A model generated the notes under the pieces. That model saw only the letters and a list, made by a program, of their open reading frames with translations. It ran no database searches and was not told the DNA's origin. Shown in pieces: positions 40,313 through 51,889 of a stretch of 64,000 nt of DNA. The stretch lies in the NCBI RefSeq assembly GCF_006345805.1, contig NC_042998.1:45880001-45944000 (forward strand), written 5' to 3'. Within the stretch, counting starts at the first letter, position 1; every line of letters begins with the position of its first letter. A program made the translations under genes and the position numbers. Source of the stretch: Octopus sinensis. Lineage: Eukaryota.

Positions 40313-40825
40313 AAAGGATGTATTATAATACTATTCCACATATACAAAAACAGCCATACCAACAATCCAACATACCTCCATCATCAGCTGCCTCACAGAT
40401 ATCATTATGGTTTCGACACCTGGGCAGTACCATCGAATCCACTGATGTAGACAGCACGAAAATAAGTGTTGTTTGGGAACAAACAAACCAAAGAAACCAC
40501 AACTTTCAAACACATTTACCTTATGTACAACCATATTGGTAAAGAAATTCAATAAGTAAATTACAACCAACTCCTAAGTATGTAACTAAACAGCAACCAA
40601 TCCATTAAGTCATACAAAAATTATAACCCTTTCTGTCTTCCATAGTATAATATAAAAGTGAAAGCTTCATAACCACATTCATTCAATCAATCAATTTATA
40701 TATATATACCGGAGTAAGGTGGAAAAAAGAGTACTCAAATACCAGAGGTAGAATAATATGCTTCATTTAAAACGTGAAACTCTGAGTAACAGCTTTTGTT
40801 ATATTTCTGCAGCTTTTAAATAAAG

Positions 40826-40857
<32 letters not shown>

Positions 40858-40898
40858 TAAATGGAAAGAATGGAGTCGAACGAAGATTTTAACAAAAT

Positions 40899-40995
40899 TC
40901 CTTTACTTTCGACACATGTTTCGAAGACTGCATATTCTTAATTCCGAAGGAATAAAGTGTGCATTATGCCGTCTTCTCTTCAGGAAAGACAAGGA
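40899..40995 (-). ncRNA. Type I hammerhead ribozyme motif, identical copy on the minus strand
   Basis: Exact 97-nt reverse complement of 41119-41215. Confidence 0.85.
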
Positions 40996-41118
40996 GCCTC
41001 TATCAGTCTCACGACGAACAAATACTTTTTGATGACTGCCTACATTGTGTCCGCAGTGATAATGACTGTTTTTATCACTGCGGACACAATGTAGCAGTCA
41101 TCAAAGACTGATAGAGGC

Positions 41119-41215
41119 TCCTTGTCTTTCCTGAAGAGAAGACGGCATAATGCACACTTTATTCCTTCGGAATTAAGAATATGCAGTCTTCGAAACATGT
41201 GTCGAAAGTAAAGGA
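41119..41215 (+). ncRNA. Type I hammerhead ribozyme motif, sense to ZDHHC24
   Basis: Stem I tcctt-gt-ctttc / gaaag-ta-aagga; CTGAAGA at 41131-41137; stem II gaagac/gtcttc; GAAA at 41192-41195; stem III AC-atgt-GT; predicted cleavage after the GTC at 41203. Confidence 0.85.
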
Positions 41216-41585
41216 ATTTTGTTAAAATCTTCGTTGAACTCCATTCTTTCCATTTATTCATATAAAAAAAAACACACAAATTTCCACACAGGGACACGGG
41301 GTTTTGCCCTTGGCATGTAGCTTCAACCATGTTTTCTGACGTGAATTTGCTACCCAGGTATCGATTAACCAAATTATCCATACTAGGATAATTCATTCAC
41401 CTACTTAAATATATATATATATATATGTGGAACAAAAATGGAATAGAGGGCATTAAAACTTTCAGACAGATAGAAAACACAAAGGCACACAAGAGAAACA
41501 ACAATTAGAAGGACAGGCAAAAAAAGACGGGCCATTCTTGGCTTTCTTTCATCAGTCAAGTACCAGAAGTCATCATTTCAGACAC

Positions 41586-41625
<40 letters not shown>

Positions 41626-41685
41626 CAGACAGTTAAGTACCAGAAGCCACGACCATTTCAGACATATATATATATATATATATAT

Positions 41686-41830
41686 AAGGGCATCCAGCTG
41701 TAGAAACTTTGCCAGATAAGACCGGAGCCTGGTGCAGCCTTCTGGCTTCCCAGATCCCCGGTCGAACTTTCCAATCCATGCTAGCATGGAGAACAGACGT
41801 TGAACGATGATGATGATGATGATGATGATA
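41686..41830 (+). mobile_element. 3' end of an RTE-family LINE/SINE with a (GAT)n tail
   Basis: Reverse complement of 49190-49330; related decayed ends at 42060-42260, 52960-53150, 54230-54430 and 61930-62040. Confidence 0.75.
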
Positions 41831-42260
41831 TATATATATAAAGAGAGTGTTTGGAGTGGTGTACAGATATTGTATATTGAGAAAAAGGAGGTAGTCAGAA
41901 TTCTGGATAATTCTTTATTCTCAAAATTTTGTGCTTTAATTTTTGTCTTGAAGAATTCAATTAAATAGTTGAAAGCGCTAATAAAGAATTATCCAAAATT
42001 CTGACTCCCTCCTTTTTCTCAATATATATATGGTGTGTGTATACCCTTGTCTTATCATTATGTGATGGTTGTAGACAAACATCATCATCATACAAGTGAT
42101 GTTTGTTTCCAGTCTTCCATGAAGAAAATGTCTGGCCATAGGGAAATATTACTTTGCTTGGAAACAGGTGAGGGTTAGTAACAAGAAGGGCATCCAGTTA
42201 TAGAATATCTGCCTCAGCAAATTCCATCTGGCCCATGCAAGCATAGAATATGGACATTGA

Positions 42261-42591
42261 CTCTTCAGCATTTAAACCAGACATATCCAGCCTAAATATG
42301 CTATCAGTTTTATGTTCTAACCAGCTAGATCCAGCCTATCACACATAACCTTCAATGCTATTCTAAAAATATACAATCACATCAAAATTACAAGGTTATG
42401 GGATAATGCATGATTAATTAAATACAACGTGAATGAAAGCAAATAATATGAATTTGTCCTATTGTAAATAATATAAATTTGTCCTATTTACAATAGGACA
42501 AATTTATGTTATTTGCTCTCAACCGAAGCAAGGCTCTACAACATGAATGAAAAAGCATTACATATAACAGAATAATCTGAATGCTAGAGGG
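42261..42591. mobile_element. piggyBac-like MITE (decayed) with an internal hairpin
   Basis: Ends ctcttcagcatt...aatgctagaggg-TTAA; homologous to 60321-60529. Confidence 0.65.
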
Positions 42592-42717
42592 TTAAGTGAT
42601 GATGATGAAAAAGAAGTTTTAGTCAATTCCTTGCCAGTAATTGTTATTTATTTATTTATTTTTTGCCTTTTGCAAGAAAACATTAACCATATGCTTATTT
42701 TCTTTTTCTTTTCATAG

Positions 42718-43228
42718 ATGCATCCTTAAACGAGACCATCATTGTCTATTTATTGGAACATGCATTGGCCATAACAATTTCCGTTATTTCATTTTACTAT
42801 TGTTTTATGTAACCATCGCTTCTTTTTATTCAACCCTGATGTTTGTCCGCTACACACTGACTGAGTTTGGTAGGCTTTCTTTCTCTTACCTGTTCAGTAT
42901 AATTGTACCAATTTTAGCATGGCTCTTTGGAGTTTTATACTCTCCTCACTTGCTAGCTTGTTTTCTCACAGGTCTTTCATCACTAGTTTTTATTGCTGTG
43001 ATTAGCTGTTTGCTTTATCATGTCAGAAATATTTATAATGGACAGACTACTTATGAACGTCGTTCAAAGAAACATGATTATAATCTTGGATGGAAAAAGA
43101 ATTTCTTAGATGCCTTAGGTAAAAATTACCACATATCCTGGATATGTCCTTTGATTAATTCTCCCTTACCTGGTGATGGCATCAATTTTACCACTCGGGA
43201 TATGCATGAAACAGCTAAATCTCTTTAA
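42718..43228 (+). CDS. ZDHHC24: DHHC palmitoyltransferase (ZDHHC24-like), coding exon 2
   Basis: Polypyrimidine tract then catag| acceptor, which restores the Arg codon. CILKRDHHC...CIGHNNFRYF, GQTTYE and C-terminal SPLPGDGINF match my recollection of human ZDHHC24. Joined CDS is 852 nt = 283 aa. Confidence 0.92.
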
Positions 43229-46116
43229 AAAGTACTGTTACTTTTCAAAAAGTTCTCAGTTACTATAAAATTACATTTTAGATACTTATAAAAATATATA
43301 ATTGGAGCAAAACACATTTTGGCTTGGTCCTCTGCTGGAAATTAACATTGTGTGCTTAAGCAGATTGACAGGAAATTAGAACCAATATATTTTGACTGAT
43401 CATAATTTTTTTACAATAATTTGTATTTTACTTTACTGATTGTGTGCCTTTTTATTACTGTTTCACAAGAAGCAAGGTTTGAGTCATACTAGATGATTTT
43501 CTTTCCCATTTAGAATAATGGTTTCCAATACTTTCAGGTTCTCAAAATTGATTATAATTAAGGTTTTTATTTTGAAGTTGGTCGCTTGACATTAAAATAT
43601 AGACCTCAGTTATAATCAACACTTGAATAAAAGAAAAATTAAGAAACTAAGTGTCTTTTACTCCTATTAATAAATTATGGATTGTGTCGCAACCCAAAAT
43701 TGGACTGTTGCCTTGGATTCTGAGGGTTATATTTCTTAACAACATTCCCTAAAGATAAATTTGAAATAGTTGTCGTGCTTACTGTTTTATATAATATAAA
43801 GAGGTGTATTTTTTTATTTTACCAGCTTCGTAATATAAACCAAGTATATTTCACATTTTCATCAGAATGGGGCTCCAACCATTTATTTTATTTTTAAACC
43901 TTTTGATACTAAACCATCTGAGACAGCCTTTGGTTCTTTGAAAAAAACTTTGCTTTAAAATCATCTAAATTTAAACCTTGCATCAAAGTTTCATGTTAAT
44001 TCATGTTCCAGACTTCAGACTAACAATGACAGTTATTTTACTGACTTCTTTCTTTATTTTCAAAATTAATTGAAATGTAAACAATGTTCAATGAAAATAA
44101 AGAAACAGAATAAGTCAAAGCTGAAATGCATTATGTAACATAAATGTTTAGGTCTTAAGGTATATGACCAGGAAGTTTCATTGATTCAGTAACTCTGTTT
44201 CAGTTTACAAGATAAATGAACTAAGCAGTGTATGAAGAAGCTTGGTGTGCCCTAGTGAAATCAGTCTTGTCTTTCATCGTACATAATAGTTAATACAAAT
44301 GAAAACTTCCTTTTCATTTCTCTGTTGTAAGCTGAGTAGCATAGTAAATTGTTCTTTCAAGAAGAATGTCTGCAAAAAGATCTCCGTATTTTATGACTCA
44401 TAATCATATCTTAAATTTATATCACCAATGTGACTAATAACTAAATCATTATTGAAATCATGTATTTATTTATATCTAAAATATGAAAATGAAAACCAAA
44501 AATTATATTTAACTTTAGTACTTTTCGCCACCAGTGTTCAGCTTTTGGTATTAATATTTTTAGAAAAATAAAATAGAAAAATGTAAAAAAAATCTCATTT
44601 TTCCATTTGTTTATGTAATAATTTCTACTGTCATTTATTTATGTAATATGTTTTAATTTCAGTGAAATTTTGGACAATGAATTATTATTATTATTTAACT
44701 GTGGGTCAACTTTAATCAAAAGGCATACCAACCATAATCGGTTACTGTGTATATAATATCACACTGTTTAGTGTGTTCATTTTTAAGACAGAAGGATGTA
44801 ATTTGAGATTTGGCTGCCATATCCACGATATCGCACAACTACATAGAGGATCCTTTGTTTGGCTTGGAAAATATTATTTCATTTTATTGACATAAAAATA
44901 AGAAATCTATCTACTTTTGTACTTGAACTAACATTCACCTTATAATTTAAGCCAGCATCTACTGGAAATCTCAACATAAAACAACTGCAATTAAATAGTA
45001 AAGTTAAACCCAGGTTCAGTACATAATGACATCATTGAAGAACATTATTTTGATAAATATTCAGTACAAAAGCTCACTCTTGATGAACTGCGATTATGTC
45101 TTCAGTTATTCATCATAATTTTAAATAGCAGTTAAATAGATACTTACACATCCTATCCATTCAGGCCCACCCATTTTGCTCCTCCTCACTTAACTCTTAT
45201 TGTATCTTTACCTCCTAAGGCTCTTCAACGAATCCTTCCTTTACAGTCGTCTGCAAATCTCTCCTCACTCAGCAGATGTTTAAGCTGAACATTAACACAG
45301 CTATCTCACAAGTTTTAAAGAGCCCCAAAAGTGATAAGCACTGTCTTTTTGCCATAAGAGTAATATTTTCTCCATGGTAACCACAGTGAATTTGCCTTTT
45401 AACAGTTGAAATATGTCACAAATATTTTTTAACTAACCTAAATTTTGTATGTATGTATATATATATATATATATATATGAATATATTGTATATATACATA
45501 TTGTATGTATATATATATGTATATATTGTATGTATATGTATGTATATATTGTACATTGTAGACGATATAAAGAAAACAAGGATGGGTCATTCAGAGTTTT
45601 CTTTCCTCAGTCAAGTTCCAGATTATCTTTGCAATTTCACCTGGTTATACTCGAAATTGCTCCAATCTGGCCAGCCCCAAGGAAAAACTAAGCTAAGAGC
45701 ATTAGATTCCTTGGAAGAAAGTAGCGAATGTATAGAGAAACAAAGACGGGAAAAACGGAGAAAGTTATACCAATACAAATAACAGGACATAACAACCGGT
45801 GTCTTTCGACTGAGGATGAATTAAATTAAACTGGCGTTTGTGGAAGTAAAGCCTTATGGCAGGGATACAAGATTTCACAGGCACAGGGAAGAATATAGAG
45901 GTTGCCTGGACAATGGCCTAACCAAGAAAGAAAGGTCAGGCTTGGCTGAATGCCGGTCATGTGGGGAGAGAAGAGAGAGAGGCAGAGGGACAGGAGAAAT
46001 AAGGAGGGGCAAGAAAAAATGACAGGGACACAGTGAAGTGAAAAGAGGGAGGAAAGTGAGCATGAAGAGAATGCAACATATATATAGTGTATATATGTCT
46101 ATATATTGTGTATATA

Positions 46117-46253
46117 ATTATTACAAATTTGGGATATTTACCAATAGCAACTCCTATTTCAGGATAACCTCATGGTATGATATACCATACCATGAGGTTA
46201 TATTGAAATAGGAGTTACTTATCTATTGGTAAATATCCCAAATTTGTTATAAT
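46117..46253. repeat. Fold-back palindrome with ~60-bp arms
   Basis: acaaatttgggatatttaccaatag...aacctcatggtatg / cataccatgaggtt...ctattggtaaatatcccaaatttgt. Confidence 0.85.
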
Positions 46254-46392
46254 AATATTATAAAATATACTTTTTACATTTCATTAGAAAAGTCTAAAAT
46301 AGTAAACTTCCTGATAATCTGTAATACTTGTTATTCCTTACTATGTTATATATATTGTGTGTGTGTGTACATATATATATATATATGTATCT

Positions 46393-46690
46393 GTATAATT
46401 GAGAGAAAAACCTCTATTAAGCAATTCACTAGTGAGAGACGTTATTCACACCATATAGAAAAAATAAATATACTATAAAAACCTTATTCTAAAAATCAAT
46501 AAAGTACATAAACAATAAATAGTAAATGGTAGTACTACTATTTACTATTTATTGTTTATATACTATTTATTGTTTATGTATTTTATTGATTTTTACAATA
46601 AAGTTTTTATAGTATATTTATTTTTTCCATATGGTGTGAATAACGTCTTTCAGTATTGAATTACTTAGAGGTTTTTCTCTCAATTATATA
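46393..46690. repeat. Fold-back palindrome with ~140-bp imperfect arms
   Basis: taattgagagaaaaacctct...gacgttattcacaccatat / atatggtgtgaataacgtc...agaggtttttctctcaatta. Confidence 0.85.
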
Positions 46691-46692
46691 CA

Positions 46693-47028
46693 TCTCTATA
46701 TATATAAACGGCAAAATGTCTGCGTGTGTGTCCTTTATACAAATCCACAATTTTTCAGTTAGAGGGCTCGCACTTACTGTGGTCATTCAAAACTGTCCAA
46801 GGGTGGTCGTGCACATCTTTACATTTCCCCAGTCACCCGGCAAAGCCATTAAAAAAGCAATAGAAGTGACTTTTTTGTGAATTTTCTATCCAAAACCCAA
46901 TCAAAATGCCCGAAACTTGATACGCCAATTGAATGCCAGCTAGCTGTATGTGATTGGTCAGAGATTTGGACAGTACTTGCGTGTTTGTGTGCACGCACGC
47001 AGCTGTATATGCCGAATCATAGTGCTAG
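46693..47028 (+). mobile_element. Non-autonomous Helitron-like element
   Basis: A|TC start tctctatatatataaacggc and CTAG|T end; the 3' hairpin is weak. Confidence 0.6.
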
Positions 47029-47037
47029 TATATTATA

Positions 47038-47872
47038 CTAGCAGAATTGCCCGGCGTTGCTCGGGGCTGAATTGCTTGAAAGTACTGTTAATGATTGCAC
47101 TGAATTATGATGATTATTCAGGCAAATATTGATATAAGTTTACGGTGGGAGATAAGGACTTAACGATAAAATGTGTGCCATTGCATTGTTTTGGGGGAAC
47201 CAAATTTCTGATGAACATTATAGGGGCACCAACTTTAAGTTTGAGAAAGTGTGGTGGTAGTCCGGGGTGCTTAAAGGAATTGAGTAGCTCTATTGGATAG
47301 TTGATGACGTCCTCTGGGTCAGGAGTTGTATCGATAGACTGATATACATAGACTTCCCCAGGAATGAGTTTTAGCATTTCATCATTAATATGGTGAACAG
47401 TTTTATTCCTCGGGGCCAGTATAGCCTTTTTGCCAATCCAATCCATATTCTGATAATTAGCTTGTAGATCTGGGAACACTGCATCTCTGAGATCAGAAGG
47501 CGTCTTAACAATGGTACAAATGGAATCGATGGCAATATTACCATTTTCATCCCCTGGTATTTTGCCTTCGCCAAGTGCAAGGAGGGTGTGAGGAAATGCT
47601 GCTGATGTGATATTACGTCGCATATGAGCACGCATATTGGTGTGAAGTTTGAGAGTTACTTCCCTTTATTTAAAAAAATATGCATTAAAATGGAAAAAAT
47701 TATGGTAAATTATTTGTAAAATCATAGTCTCATCGTAGACGCGCGCTAATACCCAGAAGGGCTCGATATGAATCACGACTATAAGATACTTTGGTTAAAC
47801 TGCATTGCAAAATGTGGGAGTAGTTAGGAATCTAAATCGGAGTAGACAGACACACAACCTTTCTTTTATATA
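47038..47872 (-). mobile_element. Helitron deletion derivative that retains a PIF1-helicase segment of RepHel
   Basis: Minus 3' end cccgagcaacgccggg..CTAG. ORF 47114-47635 has ILAPRN, YPIELLNSFKHPGLPPH and LKVGAPIMFIRNLVPPKQCNGT. The 5' ~200 bp match 15020-15250. Confidence 0.9.
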
Positions 47873-47904
47873 CTCTTTTACTCTTTTACTCTTTTACTTG
47901 TTTC

Positions 47905-48580
47905 AGCCTATTTTCGTCCTAAAAAACTTTGTATGGATTGAATGGTTACCTCTATGGAAATATATACACGCACATTATACATACATGTGTGTATAGATGA
48001 ATATATAAATACATTTAAATATCTATATACACTTTTGGGCGATCTTTCTTTTTCTTAGAGATAACTTTAGATCTTATATTCGTCCTAAAAAACTTTGTAT
48101 GGAGTGAAAGGTTACCTCTATGGAAATATATACACACACATTATACATACATCTGTGTATAGATGAATATATAATACATTTAAATATCTATATACAGTTT
48201 TGGGCGATCTTTCTTTTTCTTAGAGATAACTTTAGATCTTATTTTCATCCTAAAAAACTTTGTATGGAGTGAATGGTTACCTCTATGGAATATATACACA
48301 CACGTTATACATACATGTGTGCATAGATGAATATATAATACATTTAAATATCTATATACACTTTTGGGCGATCTTTCTGCTACTTGTATATACTTTAGAT
48401 CTTATATTCGTCCTAAAAAACTTTGTATGGAGTGAAAGGTTACCTCTATGGAAATATATACACACACATTATACATACATCTGTGTATAGATGAATATAT
48501 AAATACATTTAAATATCTATATACACTTTTGGGCGATCTTTCTGCTACTTGGATATAGGTCTTATATTCGTCGTAAAAAA
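47905..48580. repeat. Tandem array of an ~165-bp unit, about 4 copies
   Basis: tattcgtcctaaaaaactttgtatgga recurs at ~47910, 48075, 48240, 48405 and (partial) 48565. Confidence 0.9.
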
Positions 48581-48809
48581 CTTTCCTGTCACACACTCAC
48601 GCACACACACACACACGTTAGCTTACAATTTTATTTATATATTTGCGTGTCTATGTGTGTAAAGTGGAAGTGGGAATGTAGAGTGAAATAGTCACTCACT
48701 ACAGAAAGTGAATTAGTTTCACTTTATATTTGCGTGTCTATGTGTGTAAAGTGGAAGTGGGAATGTAGAGTGAAATAGTCACTCACTACAGAAAGTGAAT
48801 TAGCTTCAC

Positions 48810-49070
48810 TTTATTCGTTGCACACTGTGTGTGTGCGTTTGCGTGTGCTGTAAACCAGACTAAGAAAAGCATTTGACATACACACCAGAATGTGAGTTTT
48901 CTGTAAATTTTGCTTAATTGAAGTTTAAATTTTAAAAACTGGACCTGGCATGACCCGATGCATTCTACTCTTAAAAATGCTAGGTAAATTGTAATTGAAG
49001 AAATCCTATATTGTAGATTTCTATAAGTGACAAAGGGAGGCAGATAAAATCTGCCTTTTATAATAAGAGA
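48810..49070 (-). mobile_element. Helitron-like 5' segment (family C head)
   Basis: Reverse complement of 14234-14500 with an A|TC start at 49070. Confidence 0.65.
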
Positions 49071-49189
49071 TATTGTGAAATTTCATTTAGAATTGCTAAA
49101 TTGAATTTTTACCCGTAAGTTTGGAATTATATTCCCTACTATTATTATTATTATATATATATATATATAGTGTATATATATAATGTGTC

Positions 49190-50104
49190 ATCATCATCAT
49201 CGTTGTTTAACGTCCGCTTTACATGCTAGCATGGGTTGGACGATTTGATTGAGGGCTGGTGAACCAGATGGCTGCACTAGGCTCCAATCTTGATCTGGCA
49301 GAGTTTCTACAGCTGGATGCCCTTCCTATCGCCAACCACTCCGAGAGTGTAGTGGGTGCTTTTACGTGTCACCGGCATGGGGGCCAGTTAGGCGATACTG
49401 GCAACAGCCCTGCTCAAATACTGTTTTTTATGTGCTACCTGCACAGGAGCCAGTCCAGCGGCACTGGCAACAACCTGCTCGAATGTTTTTTTCACGTGCC
49501 AGTAAGGCGATGCTGGTAATGATCACTCAAATGGTGCCTTTTATGTGCCACCAGCACAGAAACCAGTTAGCTGCTCTGGCAACAATCATGCTTGGATGGT
49601 GCTCTTCGCGCTCCACTAGCACGGATGCCAGTCATTGAATTTGATTTCGCTTTCGATTTCACTTGCCTCAACAGGTCTTCGCAAGCAGAGTTTAGTGTCC
49701 AATGAAGGAAAGGTATGCTTAAGTAGGCTGGTTACACCCCTGGCATAGACCACGAGGTTATTGTCTCAATGGCTTATTGGTTCTTCTCAAGCACAGCATA
49801 TTTCCAAAAGTCTCGGTCACTAGTCATTGCCTCGGTGAGGCCTAATGTTCAAAGGTCATGCTTCACCATTTCATCCCAGGTCTTCCTGGGTCTACCTCTT
49901 CCATAGGTTCCCTCATCCATTCTCGCCACATGACCATACCAGCGCAATCATCTCTCTTGCACACTACGTCTGATGCTTCTTAGGTCCAACTTTTCTCTCA
50001 AGGTACTTACACTCTGTCGAGTACGCACGCTGATATTACACATCCATCGGATCATACTGGATTCATTCCTTGCGAGCTTATGCATGTCCTCAGCAGTCAT
50101 GGCC
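49190..50104 (-). mobile_element. 5'-truncated RTE-type LINE: ORF2 C-terminus, minisatellite-bearing 3' UTR and (GAT)n tail
   Basis: Minus translation LARNESSMIRWMCNI...LRWYGHVARM...RGRPRKTWDEMVKHDL, with stops. Confidence 0.8.
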
Positions 50105-50971
50105 TATACTTTATTTTATTGACCCCAGAAGAATGAAAGGCTAAGATAGACTTGAACCCAGGATATAAATGGAAATCAACCCATCACTCTACTGACTTTG
50201 CCATGAAATTGCATGGCCTTGTGGTTAGGGTGTTCAGCTTATAATCATTAAGGCTGTGAGATCAATTCCTGAATCAGGTAGCATGTTGTTTTCTGGAGCA
50301 TTTCACACTCCCCTCAAATATTGCTAAAGTCACAGAAAACCATGAACACCACCATATCAAATAGCTATATAAGATTTAAATATATCATTTTCAAACTAGC
50401 TATTGCTATTGTCTCAATGGTCCTGTGGGTAAAGACATACAGACATAGCAACACATATACCCCTTGGACAAAGGATCGATCTTGGCTCATGGCCTATACT
50501 GATTGTTTTTTTTTCTTCCTCCTTTTAACACATCTCTAGAGAAAAATAAAACTAAATGAGATCATATCACTAATCCCTACCTGAGACTGAAACCTCCATC
50601 TACCTCACTGTCGTGTCCATCACCAAACACCCTAATCCATTAGGTAACACACACACATATAAACCATGTGTAAAAGATCCTCACTTGGTAAAGAACCAGT
50701 TTCAAATCTGTAAGAAAGAATTCAGCGTAGAGTACATGGAACACAAAGATATGTGTACAGTGTTATCTGCCTTTTGAATACTAGGCTGAGCATTCACTTC
50801 AGGAACAGTACAAGCCATTTATATGCATCACTCAATCTTGGTAGGAAGAGAATATCCAGATAAATAAGCTTCTCTTGTCTCCTACTCTGTGACATTAACT
50901 GCTGATATTGTGTATAATGCAGAATTACCCTATAAAGACCTCAGTATTGGTTACATTGGCTACCAAGTTGA

Positions 50972-51138
50972 CCCTTTAGCATTTAAACTGTCGAGATCTG
51001 GCCTTTCACATTCAATCTGTGTCATTCTAAAATTAAGCAATCACATCACTGAAATCCCAAACGTATGAGATAATATAGGACTAATTCAAAACAATGTGCA
51101 AGCATTACATTTGACAGAATAATCTGAATGCTTAAGAG
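50972..51138. mobile_element. piggyBac-like MITE
   Basis: ccctttagcatttaaa...tctgaatgcttaagag-TTAA; homologous to 60321-60529. Confidence 0.65.
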
Positions 51139-51492
51139 TTAAATCACCATGATCGCTCATAAAGTGGTCCACTATGACACGGAAATTAAGTCTTAGGTTA
51201 ATGTGTATTATAAGTAGGTCTCCTTATAGATGTGGGATGCTAATTTTTTAAAATTAAACTTGTTCTAAAAATGAAGTTGGCTTAACTTTTGCTAGTTAAA
51301 ATGACAAAACCTGTAATTTATTTGTATGCACTTGATAAGCAGTAGTTAGCATGAAATGAAGTTAGCTGAAGCCATTTGCTATGGAAGTGATTGTATTGAA
51401 AGTTTAATTGATATAATCAGATAGTGGTTGCCTCTTTGAAGTAGTGTTTGTCTTTGTAAAAGTGCATGTTTGGTGCTGTAATGAAATACAAA

Positions 51493-51889
51493 TCTCTATA
51501 TATATATATAAAGCTGAAGTTGTCTGTGTATGGCAGGTTTGGTAGCCTTCAACTAACACTATCTCCTCTGAGACCCTGTGCCGCAAGTTGACCAAAATTG
51601 AGAGTATGATAGAAGAAGGCTTGCTCTTCCTTCCATAGAAGAAAAAATTCAAATCGGACCATGTTAACACCAAAAATTATTTACACCAAAAAGGTCCTTT
51701 TTTTCTATGAAAATCCCTATTTTATACGATTTTTTTTACTGCTGTGTTGCCATTTTTCGGTGTATTTCAACCAGAAAAATGTTCACGTAAAGAGAATAAC
51801 AAGCTACATAATGTAAAATTTTTACTTTTCAAAAATTCCAATTCTAAAGGGTCGAAACAAACCTGAGCAACGCTGGGCGATACTGCTAG
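51493..51889 (+). mobile_element. Non-autonomous Helitron
   Basis: A|TC start; 3' cctgagcaacgctgggcgatactgCTAG|T, the same 3' end as 15014-15406. Confidence 0.85.

Larger units (their letters stand above)
40855..41258. repeat. ~400-bp inverted repeat with ~190-bp arms and a 9-nt loop at 41063-41071, probably a Penelope-type pLTR inversion
   Basis: Arms are complementary except for 2 substitutions near the outer ends, a 1-nt indel and an ~19-nt insertion at 41010-41028. Confidence 0.95.

Noticed and set aside
41440-41575. Minus-strand CTGATGA...GAAA, with a related CTGAGGA at ~45603
   Set aside because: No stem I pairing and no valid stem III or NUH triplet; at most a decayed remnant.
42641-42717. 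Upstream part of ORF 42641-43228
   Set aside because: It is the intronic polypyrimidine tract before the catag acceptor at 42717.
47905-48580. Regularly spaced repeats as a CRISPR array
   Set aside because: Whole ~165-bp units repeat with no unique spacers, the context is eukaryotic, and there are no cas genes.
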